Numbered from the whole stretch's first letter, positions 25,566 through 38,698 are shown. The stretch: DNA of 62,970 nucleotides, filler included, from Octopus bimaculoides (GCF_001194135.2; 5 parts of 5 records of this genome joined end to end with filler, not necessarily neighbours in it); one strand, 5' to 3'. Notes: generated from the letters alone by a model not told the origin. Program-made: numbers and translations.

Positions 25566-26059
25566 GCATATGTATACGTTTATATGTGTTTGTTTTCATT
25601 TGTGATGCTCCAAAAAACAACACAAATACAGATGGATGTACACACCACACCCTCACCTGTACATAAATATGTATACGTATTTATGTATCCCTTGGAAAAT
25701 AAGTAAAGGTTAGTGACAGGGAGGGCAAATGGATATAAAAAGGAAGGACCCCCTTCAATCATGAATGACCAAGGGATTGAACCTAAAATGTTCCCCTCCA
25801 AGGCACAAGTCCAGGCGAGATTGCTTATAGAAGACCAGTAGTCGACCCTGACCCTGCACACTGGTCTCCCATCTCTGGGTCATCAATGTTATCCAAGAGA
25901 AAAGCAAAGACCGATACATCTTGGTACCAGTGACATCACCAACTCACTTCTACGACTGAGAAAACTGGAGCAATGTAAAATAAAGTGTCTTGTTGAAGAA
26001 CACAACACATTGCCCGGTCCGAGAATTTCAGGCCTTGTGCCTAGAATAGAAAAGAATAT

Positions 26060-26314
26060 ACTGTGCTTGTGTAGCCCTGTCAAGCCAAGTGAGACCATAG
26101 TCGTGGTTGATGCTGGTGTTAGATCAATGGTACCCATGCTGGTGGCATGTAATAAAACACCCATTACACTCTTGGAGTGGTCGGCGTTAGGAAGGGCATC
26201 CAGCCGTAGAAACCTTGCTAAATCAGATCAGAACCTGGTGTAGCTCCCACCCCACCCCCAGCCTACCAGTTTTCAGTCAAACCATCCAACCCATGCCTGC
26301 ATGGAAAACGGATG

Positions 26315-26345
<31 letters not shown>
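26060..26345 (+). mobile_element. RTE LINE 3' UTR with (GAT)n tail
   Basis: GGAGTGGTCGGCGTTAGGAAGGGCATCCAGC and CCATCCAACCCATGCCTGCATGG match 59290-59410. Confidence 0.75.
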
Positions 26346-26997
26346 AGGAGGAGGAGGAGGAGGAGGAGGAGGAGGATAAGTTACTGAATTCAATCAAAAG
26401 TGAGATATAACGAGTAAAAATATATTATTCATGATTATAGTTTGATTTAATAAAACAAATCTATTTGCCATTCTGGAGTACTAGTATGTCTGTTATTAAT
26501 TAGTCCAATAATACAAGCTATGAATAAGTATATAAATTTACCCAATTTGATGTCATTGAATTTTCCCAATCAATAACCAAATCTTTGCTTCAAAAAAGCA
26601 TTTGATTTCACTATAAATTATATCTTAATCAATAATCTGTATATTGAAATAATCATGCACATAAGAATTTCGTTAATTGCTTTTGGTGATGCTTTATAAG
26701 TAAAGAGAAATGATGTTAATTCGTTTGACATATTGATAGGTAGCCTAGATTTTGTGGAAATTTCTGAGCTCTTTTGACCTATATATTCTATAATTGTTAA
26801 ACAATAAGTTCAATCTAAAATATGGTTTCGATTGATATGATACCCTAATCATTTTATGAATATGAGTGCCCGAACATTAAAAAGCTTCAGATAAAAATCA
26901 AAAGAAAAAACTTTAATTTATTTCAAGATTTAAACCCAAAAATTCAAATTGAAAAAGATTTATGTATGGTAATTTTAGATGTGAAATTAGATAGAAG

Positions 26998-27400
26998 TGT
27001 AGGCATGGTTATGTGGTAAGAAGTTTGCTTCCCAACCACATGGTCTCAGGTTCAATTCTACAGCATGACATGTTGGGCAATTACCTACCGCTCTAGCACT
27101 GGACTGACCAAAGCCTTGTAAGCAGATTTGGCAGATGGAAACTGAAAGAAGCCCATTGTATATATGTATATACCTATGTGTGTGTGTGTCTTTGTATCTG
27201 TATTTATCTCTCACTTGACAATAGGTATTAGTGTGTTTACATCCTGTAACTTAGCAGATCGACAAAAGAGACTAATAGAATAAGTACCAGGCTTTAAAAA
27301 AAAAAAAGTTCTGGCCTCAATTCATTTGGCTAAAAATTCTTCAAGGTGATACCCCAACATAGTCACAGTCTAATGATAAAACCAAATAAAAGATAAAAGA
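26998..27400 (+). mobile_element. SINE family A, diverged
   Basis: Head GGCATGGTTATGTGGTAAGAAG, B-box GGTTCAATTC, 3' GATAAAACCAAATAAAAG. Confidence 0.8.
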
Positions 27401-27884
27401 TATTCAGAAATTTTGAAATGAATTAACACTCATTATTTAAGAAACGAAATTAAGTAATGGTTTGGTGAGAAATTTTGTATTTGGTTATTGAATATTTCAT
27501 TCAACACATCTCTAATTATAATGGAAGATAAGATAAATTATATAGATAATGTAATTTCCAGGAAGATAAAAGTAGAAATCGTAAAATCATATCATTCAGT
27601 GTCATATTTCATTTCTTTTAATTATTAGATACTTCAATAGTTTTAACAAAAATAATATTAGATTAAGGTTTAGCTCTACACTTAATTTTGTAACAGAAAT
27701 AACATACTTCAACAGTAAAATTCTGAAACAAACTTCTAAATTTAATACTTTCACTTCATATAACAGAACTTCATCCAATAAGTTGCCAATGAAATAATTC
27801 CTGTCTTTCAAAAATCGATTCTGTACTATGCAAAATTATTTATAGTTGATAATTCAACATCTAAAGAATATGTTGAGCTAACTC

Positions 27885-28288
27885 TTTTACTTGCTTCAGT
27901 CATTTGACTGTGGCCATGCTGGAGCACCACCTTTAGTCGAGCAAATCAACCCCAGGACTTTGTAAGCCTAATACTTATTCTGTTGATCTCTTTTGCTGAA
28001 CCGCTAAGTTACGAGAACGTAAACACACCAGCATCAGTTGTCAAGCGATGTTGCGGGGGGGGGGGGGACAAACACAGACACACAAACATATACACACACA
28101 TACACATATATATACATACATACGACAGGATTCTGTCACTTTCCGTCTACCAAATCCACTCACAAGGCTTTGGTTGGCCCGAGGCTATAGTAGAAGACAC
28201 TTGCCCAAGATGCCACGCAGTGGGACTGAACCCGGAACCATGTGGCTGGTAAGCAAGCTACATACCACACAGCCACTCCTACGCCTAT
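27885..28288 (-). mobile_element. SINE family A, full length
   Basis: Close match to 53440-54035. Confidence 0.9.
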
Positions 28289-28849
28289 AAATTCAAGCTA
28301 ACTGAATATAAATTCAAAGAATGGTTTTATCAGCATCTTCACTCTTTCAAAAAATCCAGAATGATCTTTGGTCACCAATTTCAAAATACATATGACTTTT
28401 GGAAAATAAATACATCAACAAGTATAGAATTGCCTATAATATATTTAAACCAGCCAAATATTACAAATAAGGTAACAATGGCTGTGAACTTTGCCTCTCA
28501 GAAAAAAATAGATACACATTTTTATAAATGTTCCATCTTGAGTATTTTTTATCAATATTTTTTGACAAAATAAATCAAAATATTTGTTAAAATACTTTGA
28601 GCTGAACAACAATAATTTCATATAACTGCCTAGCAAAATAATCCTCATTCTATAAAAATTCAAAACATTTCTTCAGATACTGTGGATAAAAATTTGACAC
28701 GATTTGTTATTATGTATAGCAAAACAAAAATGAAAAGAAAGATATATGGAGAGAAAGAATGACAGGCAAATTACTCAAAAACAATTCTGCCATCATCAAA
28801 TAGCTTTACATTAATCATAAGATTTTTCAATGGTTTCTGGTCTTTTCAC

Positions 28850-28891
<42 letters not shown>

Positions 28892-28991
28892 NNNNNNNNN
28901 NNNNNNNNNNNNNNNNNNNNNNNNNNNNNNNNNNNTTAATTAATTAANNNNNNNNNNNNNNNNNNNNNNNNNNNNNNNNNNNNNNNNNNNN
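28892..28991. other. Artificial scaffold-joining linker
   Basis: 44 N + TTAATTAATTAA (28936-28947) + 44 N. Confidence 0.95.
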
Positions 28992-29025
28992 TGTGTGTGT
29001 GTGTGTGTGTATATGTATGTATATA

Positions 29026-29098
29026 TGTTTCTGCTATTATAATTGTTGCTGCAATAAAGTATCTTCAATGCATCGATTTTGAGCTCTATCTTTTAAGA

Positions 29099-29100
<2 letters not shown>
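29026..29100 (+). repeat. 75-bp copy of the 3' end of the ribozyme-bearing repeat at 38586-38660
   Basis: 72/75 identical by hand alignment; contains AATAAA; flanked by (TG/TA)n. Confidence 0.9.
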
Positions 29101-29142
<42 letters not shown>

Positions 29143-29361
29143 AATATATATATGAATATACATATATACATATATATACATACGTGTGTGAGTGCAGATA
29201 CGCACATACACGTATATGTATATACAGAACAACTAAAGAATAAAAATGATTTTTTATTATGTTACTATTACAATTACATTCTCATATGTCCATAAGTCAG
29301 TGTGTTAGACATATATGAGCTAAAATGTCGTGATAGCAAAAACACAAATGCACATATAATT

Positions 29362-29720
29362 ACAGGCGTGGCTGTGTGGTAAGTAGCTTGCTTACCAACC
29401 ACACGGTTCCGAGTTCAGTCCCACTGTGTGGCACATTGGGTAAGTATCTTCTGTTATACCCGTGGGCTGACGAAGGTCTTGTGAGTGGATTTTGTTGATG
29501 GAAACTGAAAGAATGCTTTCGTATATATATGGGTGTGTGTCTGTGCTTGTCCCATCACCATCGCTTGACAATTGATGTTGGTGTGTTTACGTCCCCGTAA
29601 CCTAGCGGTTCGGCAGAAGAGTACGATAGAATAAGTCCTGGGGTCGATTTCTTCGACGAAAGGCAGTGCTTGAGCATGGCCGCAGTCAAATGACTGAAAC
29701 AAAGAGAAGAATAAAAGAAC
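29362..29720 (+). mobile_element. SINE family A
   Basis: GGCGTGGCTGTGTGGTAAGTAGC head; followed by (AGAT)n at 29725-29785. Confidence 0.9.
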
Positions 29721-29722
29721 AT

Positions 29723-29786
<64 letters not shown>

Positions 29787-30080
29787 GTGGAGGCACATGG
29801 CCTAGTTGCTAGAGCGGCGGACTCGTGGTCGAGGGATCGTGGGTTCCAATCACAGACAGGGTGATGTGTGTGTTTATTAGCGAACCACTTAAGCTCCACG
29901 AAGTTCCGGCAGAAACTAATGCTAAACCTCAGCTGACTCTTTTGCCACAACTTTCTCTCACTCTTTCCTTTTCCTGCATCTAGCAGCTCACCTGCGGCAG
30001 ACCTGCGCCCCGTCCAGGTGGGGAACCTCTATGCCATTGAAGCGAGGCATGGCTAGAGAAGGAACAATTCAACAACAACA
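29787..30080 (+). mobile_element. tRNA-derived SINE family C, tail type 1
   Basis: tRNA-like head GGAGGCACATGGCCTAG..GCGGACTCG..GGTTCCAATC, (CAA)n tail. Confidence 0.75.
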
Positions 30081-30179
30081 ATATATATATAAATAAAATG
30101 TGTGTGCTCCCGTGGAGCTCCCTGTCGACACGTAGAATGTTGTTTGCTTCGCTTTTCAGCACTAAGCTTATGTATTTAT

Positions 30180-30970
30180 TTTTGCTGTTGTTACATAGCG
30201 CAGTTACCTACTCACAGAGACTGACCAGACGATATTCGAAGGCTGTGTGCTGTCTGCACTGATCTCACGCCTCTACTCTTGTCATCTCTTCCTATGAAGA
30301 GCCTTTCAATATCGCTGATTCCGAGAAAATGTACAGTTGATGTCAGGGTGTTGCGGGTTTTTGATGTCAATGGAGTGGAACTTTGCTACAGACCAGTCAA
30401 ACCGCCCAAAATTTTAGAATCGGTACAAGTACAGTAAATACATTGTAAATACATTAGAGGAAATTTTCGATAGATATATTTTTCTGAGTCAGATATAATA
30501 TTCTCGGATCATTCGATCTTTACTCGCATCAACTTCATAGGATAGGTTTTTATCAATGCTAGGTATTTGTAGCGTTAATTGTATGAACAAACTTCCTTTT
30601 GGCCAGTTTCCGTTTCTGTGTCAGCTGGTTAAGGTGTTATTAACACCAACAGTTTTTGGCATTAATAGTATTTTTAGTATAAATCTTTCAGTCATCCACA
30701 AAGAAATAATGGGTTACATCTCCAAGATGTTGTAGACCCTAGCAGAAAGACATTAAAATTTTGAAGCAGGAATGATAATGGATTTAATGCCAAAATGAAC
30801 AGAATTACAGAATGACATTCTACTTGGAATAGACCCTTTGAAATGTTTATAACGACAGATACGATCTTTCCACTCTTAATTTTGAGGGTAGCTGGCCAAG
30901 ACTTTGTACGTTACGCAATGGCAGTAACTAAGCTATCAGGTACTTCTGCTATGTTTAACAGTAGATACCC
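30180..30970 (-). mobile_element. R4/Dong-like non-LTR retrotransposon RT fragment (pseudogene)
   Basis: Minus frames give KGLFQVECHSVILFILALNPLSFLL, THYFFVDD*KIY (FVDD 30702-30691), YKYLAL, DWS..IDIKTRNTLT..SDIERLFIGRDDKSRGVRSV. Confidence 0.75.
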
Positions 30971-31229
30971 CATATATGTATACATACATATATATATNNN
31001 NNNNNNNNNNNNNNNNNNNNNNNNNNNNNNNNNNNNNNNNNNNNNNNNNNNNNNNNNNNNNNNNNNNNNNNNNNNNNNNNNNNNNNNNNNNNNNNNNTAT
31101 ATATGAATATGTATATTCATATATATATTAAACAAACATACATACCTACATCAATACATAGATACATGGCTACATATACAAATAGATACATACATGCATA
31201 TATACATTCACACACACACGCGCGCGCAA

Positions 31230-31276
<47 letters not shown>

Positions 31277-31854
31277 GGTGTGTGTGTAAATGTGAGTGTA
31301 TATATGTATGTGTGTATCTATTGGTCTAAGTAGCCATGTTTATTTGCATTTATGTACGTATGTATATTCGTTTACGGTGACAGTTATACATAGAAAAAGC
31401 TGGAGCAAAGCAACTGTTTTATTGTATATGAAGCGATGTAGAATATATGTTCATTAAAAGAACGAAATAAACTTAACTATAATTTATTGTAATTTTCACT
31501 GTGTTAGCCATTCCTTTGTAATCTAACATACACACATGCGCGCTGGTGCTCAACACACACAGACGCGTAGACACACAAACAAACATTTACACACACATAA
31601 ACGCAAACACAAAATGTAAACATATAGGATATTTTTAGATGAATAAATATTTACGATGGCTTTCTGTATGTATGAGCATATATAATTATATACATAACAT
31701 TAAATTGATGTTTTACTTTGATAAATGTTATGTTACACATGTGTGAGACAGTGTATATACACATGCGTTTATATATATGCACAACATATGCACGTATATA
31801 CATGCATTTACATTCATATATATACATATATTATATATACATAAATTATATATA

Positions 31855-31950
<96 letters not shown>

Positions 31951-32455
31951 GCATATATGTATTATATGCATATATATATACATACATACACATATATATT
32001 TACCTACATACATATATATGTATATACACACACGTATGTGTGTGTGCTTGTGTGTGTGCGTGTGTGTGTGCCTGTGTATCTGCGCCTGTGCGTGCGTGTG
32101 CGTGTGCGTGTGTGTGTGTGTATGTGTGTGTGTGTGCGTGTCTGTGTCTATGTGTGTACCATCGCGTATATTTTACAGCAGAAAATATTTAGAAATCCGA
32201 AATCGTTTCAAAATATGTAGAACAATCACCAAAAGCATAAATACCATTTCTTTAGTGAGTGTGAGGGGAGAGAGGTAGGTGTTCTTGCTGTTATGATTTC
32301 CTAATGATCTCGTTTTCAATAAATGACAGAAATATAAGCATTATATGTGAATGTCTCATAAATTATACATAATGTAAACATACATACATGCATATATGCA
32401 TAAACATATTCCTATGTACACTCACACACATATATAAATATTCATATATATATCT

Positions 32456-32500
<45 letters not shown>

Positions 32501-32728
32501 NNNNNNNNNNNNNNNNNNNNNNNNNNNNNNNNNNNNNNNNNNNNNNNNNNNNNNNNNNNNNNNNNNNNNNNNNNNNNNNNNNNNNNNNNNNNNNNNNNNN
32601 NNNNNNNNNNNNNNNNNNNNNNNNNNNNNNNNNNNNNNNNNNNNNNNNNNNNNNNNNNNNNNNNNNNNNNNNNNNNNNNNNNNNNNNNNNNNNNNNNNNN
32701 NNNNNNNNNNNNNNNNNNNNNNNNNNNN

Positions 32729-32791
<63 letters not shown>

Positions 32792-33471
32792 GCTATATAT
32801 ATATATATATATGTCATTATATTTAAATCTGGTTATAGTCATTTCATGTAAAATATATGCTTTTCAAAATTAAGGTGTTTTTGTAATAAAACTACATCAT
32901 TTTGTCTCTTGAGAGACAGTACGTGTTATATGGGTGAACGTACATAAATTGCTTGTTACTATGGAATCATGTTTTAGCTTGTTTCATCAAAGTTCTAAAT
33001 ATATATCATCTACGACATATTTTAAATTTAATGATTGTGTGTATACGCTTAAATAGCCATAAAAGCAGTGAGGAGACATTTTGTGATAATGGAGGAGACA
33101 TGAACTGAAAATTTTAAGTGTGTCATCTATCTAAACATTGTCTACGCTTCATTTGATTAATTACTACATGAAGGGGAACGCTTAGTTTTCTCTTTCGAAT
33201 CCTTCTGACTCTATCTATGTAAACCTGGCCCATATAAATGATGGTAGCAGGAATGACAGATAGAAAACACTGGAAATAAAGATGTATTGGTTTGCTGTGG
33301 TGTGCTATAGATTGGCGATGGCTGAGCATGAGTAAACTGCGAAGCACTTTACGTTTGTACAGCTCGTTATTTTATGTGAATTATAACTCGGAATATTGTA
33401 AGGTAGTGAAACATTTGACAAAGAAATTATCAAACGGACAAAATGGATGCTACACACGTATGGTATGAATG

Positions 33472-33865
33472 GTTGTTGTTGTTGCTGTTGTTGACACTCC
33501 GTCGCTTACGATGTCGAGGGTTCCAGTTGATCCGATCAACGGAACAGCCTGCTTGTGAAATTAACGTGCAAGTGGCTGAGCACTCCACAGACACGTGTAC
33601 CCTTAACGTAGTTCTCGGGGATACTCAGTGTGACACAGTGTGACAAGGCTGGCTCTTTGAATTACAGACACAACAGAAACAAGAAGAGTGAGAGAAAGTT
33701 GTGGTGAAAGAATACAGCAGGGTTCGCCATCATCCCCTGCCGGAGCCTCGTGGAGCTTTAGGTGTTTTCGCTCCATAAACACTCACAACGCCGATCTGGG
33801 AATCGAAACCGCGATCCTATGACTGCGAGTCCGCTGCCCTAACCACTGGGCTATTGCGCCTCCAC
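33472..33865 (-). mobile_element. tRNA-derived SINE family C, tail type 2
   Basis: Head GGAGGCGCAATAGCCCAGTGGTTAGGGCAGCGGACTCG..GGTTTCGATTCCC; shares core with 29787 copy; (CAA)n tail. Confidence 0.8.
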
Positions 33866-33879
33866 GGTATGAATGAACC

Positions 33880-34185
33880 TACATGTGAAATGACAGCAAC
33901 ATATGACAAATGAATGCCTTTACGGAAACCAGCCGAAAGTCGATGAGAAGATCAGGCAAGGTGGCTGCGACTATCTGGTCACTGCGTGCTCCACTCTGAG
34001 CTGGAAGGATCCATATTAATCCCGTGGAACCTACTTCATGGTGATGTAAGCAGAGGAACACGTCGTCACACATCGCTGACTTGATTGCAGACACTGGCTA
34101 GGAATATATCCAGGGCCTTGAGACAGTGATGATGGATCAAGTGTGGCGGGGGGACTTCGTTGCTGCGGCCCAGATTGGAACCCGG
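33880..34185 (+). mobile_element. LINE ORF2 C-terminal fragment (RTE-like, second family)
   Basis: KIRQ..LRLSGHCVLHSELEGSILIPWNLLHGDVSRG and DLIADTG..GLETVMMDQVWR in adjacent frames. Confidence 0.6.
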
Positions 34186-35041
34186 TCATAAAAATATAAT
34201 ACCAGCAGAAAACTACAGCGACCCCCATTCTTTTTTTCTCCCTCTCCCACTCAATCTCACTTTATCACCCACTTTCGCACTCTCACTCACCCTCAGTCTC
34301 TCACTTATTCTCACTTTCTCACCGTCAAATTACTCTGTCCACTTGCCCGCCTCTCTCCCTCTCTCTCTTTCGTTTTTTCGCTCTCCGGAATCAGTTACAC
34401 AGAAGTAACCAACAAAGGGCGTTCCAATCGTGCCCACCACCAATACTAATCTATTCACTAACGAAATTCGCTAAGAAATAAAAATAACAGTTTTTTTTTT
34501 TCTTCTTGTTACTTCCAATTACAAATGTCTGCTCGGTTTTATGGCTCCTCGGTATATACAGTTGACTAAATATAAAACGAGCTTTTTAGTCTGGAATTAA
34601 GCAATGTATCGAACGGTCCAAATGTCAGATATAACAAACATTTACTGGAGATGTTTGTTCTATCGGTGATATTTGAATATATTGAGATGCTCTTTAGAAA
34701 ATCTAGCCACAGTCACCTGACCTTAAAAGAACGTCTCAGTGGACACTTTAAGATTACAGAATATAGCAACAGAGAGTAGAACCCAGCAGGCTGTAGCAGC
34801 AGAAGCAAATAGTGTAAACTGTAGCAGGAGAGAAGAGAATTATAGAGACTGTAACAATAAAGCACTTATTTTATATTAAAATATGTGAACAACAGTGTCG
34901 TAATCACAGGTTTCCAGCAGGCTAATTACTAGTTCACAGCATTTTTGATAGCAGTAGTGATCATAGAATACCTGCAACCCGGTGGACTTCGATCAAAGAT
35001 CACCGCTTTTATGCCGATATACAGCGGCAAAAATTACAAGC

Positions 35042-35081
<40 letters not shown>

Positions 35082-35096
35082 GCATATCGTATATGT

Positions 35097-35530
35097 AGAT
35101 GCAGGTGTGGCTGTGCGAAAAGAAAATTGCTTCCCAACCACACGATTCGAGGTTCGGTTCTAATGCGTGGCGCTTTGGGCTTGTGACTTCTACTATAGTC
35201 TCGAGCTGACCAAAGACTTGTGAAAGGATTTGGTAGACGGAAACTGAAAGAAGCCTGTCGTATATGTGTGGGGGCGTGTGCGTGTGTGTGTGTGTCCATG
35301 GGTGTGTGTGTCCACGGGTGGGTGTCTTCGCGTGTGCGGGTGTGTTTGTGTGTGTGCTTCTGTCTGTCTCCCAACCGATGCTGGAGTGTTTACGTCCTCG
35401 TAACTTAGCGGTTCCGGAAAAGACACTGATGGAATATGTATTAGGGTACAAAAATAATAATAAGTCCTGGAGGTAGTGCTCCAGCATGGCCCCAGTCTGT
35501 GGACCTAAGCAATTAAAAGGGGCAAAAAAG
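35097..35530 (+). mobile_element. SINE family A
   Basis: Head, GGATTTGGTAGACGGAAACTGAAAGAAGCC, internal (TG)n, 3' GTGCTCCAGCATGGCC. Confidence 0.85.
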
Positions 35531-36167
35531 ATTAATATATACATACAATATGTATGTATGTATCTACAAGCGTATTGCTAGATGTAAATTGTACGCATGT
35601 ATAATTTAAAATGCTGAAATTAATAATAGTGCCTGGAGAAAATTACGAAACGGGTGTAATCATATAGAAATCATATTGAAATAATGAACCTGTATTTACT
35701 TCTCGAATTTGAATTTATGATTATATACACATGTCCGATACCCTACGATAGTGGCGAATGACATTGTTAAGTTCAACCTTTATTTTCCGTGACCATGTCA
35801 AAGCCCACTAGCTAATCTAATTTTTTGACTAAACTAAATGCGATTAAGTTCGTTTTGTGATATGATAGCAGAAAATTGGTTTGGTAAAAAATAACGTTAT
35901 AAATTGGATGCAAAAAATAGAAAGTACCGCATTGATGCAAGCTCTAAGCAGTATCTTTTCTTCATTTCTGTATAATTTTTCTTGAAGTTGCATTTAAATA
36001 AGAATTTCAACGAAGGGACTCAAATTATGTACAACGCGTCAAGCTTGGAGCAGTAGCAAAGGTAAGGAAGAAAAAGCTGATCAATTTGAAGGTATCTAGT
36101 GAGGCATCAATTTTTATTTCTACACACGCATACAAACACAATGCACGCACAAACACACACACACATA

Positions 36168-36210
<43 letters not shown>

Positions 36211-36714
36211 ATATGAATATTAATATCCACACTCATATATACACATATTCACACGTATATAGGAGTTAAATCTAATTTATTCACCTCAACCACAAGTGTT
36301 TACGACCAAAAATAATACCGTAGTGAATATAATGGTTGGAGTAATTTATATTTATGTATAATTAAGGATAAGATCATTATAAAGATTTGATCAAGTAGCC
36401 AGTATGCAATAAAAACCGGATAGGTATAAATTAAGAGAAATATATAATCATATAAATATAATTATAATAAGGGCACTAGTATATAACACCATATGATAGA
36501 TAGAGACGCGAAATGGTTCCAAAAACTAGCCATGTACTCCTATAGCGATGGTTGAAAGCGAGGAAAGTGAACAAAGAAGATTATGCATTTGTATTAATTG
36601 TTACCTATAATATTTTATTGCATGCTCGCTAGTTGATAAAATATTTATAATGATTTTATCTTTAATTATATATAAATATATACGTGTGTGTGTATGTGTG
36701 TGCGTGCATATAGT

Positions 36715-36870
36715 AGCAGGTATGCTGCGTGGAAAAAGAAAAGCTAGCTTCCGAACCACATGGTTTCGGGTTTAGTTCCCATAGTTACCTTCTACTACAG
36801 CCTTGGGGCGGCTAAAGTCTGGTGAATTGGTTTGGTAGATGGAAACTGAAAGAAGCCTGTACCACCGTGT
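36715..36870 (+). mobile_element. SINE family A, 5' half ending at N gap
   Basis: CCACATGGTTTCGGGTTTAGTTCC..GGTAGATGGAAACTGAAAGAAGCC. Confidence 0.75.
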
Positions 36871-37269
36871 ATATNNNNNNNNNNNNNNNNNNNNNNNNNN
36901 NNNNNNNNNNNNNNNNNNNNNNNNNNNNNNNNNNNNNNNNNNNNNNNNNNNNNNNNNNNNNNNNNNNNNNNNNNNNNNNNNNNNNNNNNNNNNNNNNNNN
37001 NNNNNNNNNNNNNNNNNNNNNNNNNNNNNNNNNNNNNNNNNNNNNNNNNNNNNNNNNNNNNNNNNNNNNNNNNNNNNNNNNNNNNNNNNNNNNNNNNNNN
37101 NNNNNNNNNNNNNNNNNNNNNNNNNNNNNNNNNNNNNNNNNNNNNNTATATATATAAGAATTTCATTCGCCATGATAGATCGCTAGCCACTACACATTCT
37201 TTTTTTCTCTCCTTGTTTCTTTCTGTGTTCCTTTCTGTGGAAGAGCGTTATGAGCGTTATTAAGGCAGT

Positions 37270-38370
37270 TATTTCTTTCCCTTGAAATTTGGCGTCAGTT
37301 CACACTCCTAACCAAAAAAAGTGCGATTTAACCCAGTTGTAAATTTTAACGCCTACTGTATGTGGGTTGTTAATTACCCCACAGAATTTCTTAACTCCCT
37401 AGACCCTCCCGGATTGCTACCAAATTTCTTGCTCCTCAGAAATTTAGAAAGCGTCTGGTCGTCCAAAAGGCGATGGCTCGTGTTATTGAGGCAACAATGC
37501 TTACAGGATGTGGTAAGGGGGATTCTGTCATTATATTAACAATACCTCTCATTCCATCCGGTAAAGACATTCCTTTCACATTCAGAAAGTTGCAATTCCC
37601 TCTCCTGTTCAGTTTTGCCATGCCGATTAACAAATCACACGGTCATGCGCGGACGGCCGTAGGGCTTAATTTAGAAGAACCGTACTTCTCCCATGGTCAT
37701 CTATATGTTGGCGGCTCTCGAGTGGGGAGCCGACATATTCTATTTGCGTTTGCACCTCACGAGAAAACTCAAACTATAGTCTATAAGGAAATGTTGTAGG
37801 CACCCTATCCGCCAACAAGTAATCCCTGCTTTTTTGTAAAAGTGATTACATTTTCTGTATCCGTGTGCTAATTTTCTCCTTTTGACATTACCACGTACGT
37901 CTCTGGGGTTGTTTTTGCTATACGTTATAAATGTTCAATGTCTCTGTTTTCCATATTAATTTGTTGTTATCACGCTTTGCCGTCGATGATCCGTAGTCTT
38001 AACTTAATTAATATACTTTTCTCTACATCTTATTTACACATTTTTTGACATTCCAGCGTGAAATTGACAAGGCCGTTTTTGTGGCCACCGACTTTTACAT
38101 GCTTTTCTAGGTTACAATCTCAAATAACAAGCAAAGCAAATACGACACACTAAAGTGGTGTGAGGGACTTCTTGAGGGCCATCACCTCTAATCGAAATCG
38201 TCTTTGCGGACAGCTATACCACCGGGACTTCTAAGAGTGAACGAGTCAAGGACCTCTTCAGGGCCACCAAGTTTAAATTGTTACTTCTGTAGTCATGTTT
38301 GACGGAAGATTTTCGGTTCAATTGAACGACTACGCCATTGGGAGTTATACCGGGCAACGCAGGATACCTT
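37270..38370 (+). mobile_element. Helitron 3' fragment with PIF1 helicase C-terminus
   Basis: ORF 37473-37799 VIEATMLTGCGKG..IPLIP..PFTFRKLQFP..SFAMPINKSHG..FSHGHLYVGGSRV..IVYKEML; decayed 3' hairpin ACCGGGCAACGCAGGAT near 38349. Confidence 0.9.
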
Positions 38371-38445
38371 ATAAATCATTGATATATATATATATATATA
38401 TATNNNNNNNNNNTAATAATAGTAGTGTTGGTGATGGCAATAATG

Positions 38446-38576
38446 CGACCCTGAAGAGATGGAGTATCCGGTAATTTATAATTTGTAATATGTTATAATA
38501 TGTTATAATATTTTATGAGACATTTTATGATGTGGTTTATTTATCCTGGATACTCTATTGAAATGTGCATAGGTTG
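38446..38576 (+). ncRNA. Type I hammerhead ribozyme motif within a Penelope pLTR-like repeat
   Basis: Stem I CGACC/GGTTG; CTGAAGA 38451-57; 14-bp stem II (11 WC + 3 GU); GAAA 38560-63; stem III ATG-tg-CAT; AUA triplet; AATAAA at 38613. Confidence 0.75.
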
Positions 38577-38665
38577 GCTTATTGTTGTTTCTGCTATTAT
38601 AATTGTTGCTGCAATAAAGTATCTTCAATGCATCGATTTTGAGCTTTATTTCTTAAGAGAGATAT

Positions 38666-38698
<33 letters not shown>

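Noticed and set aside
29787-33865. tRNA-like sequences as tRNA genes
   Set aside because: They lack complete cloverleafs and continue into SINE bodies.
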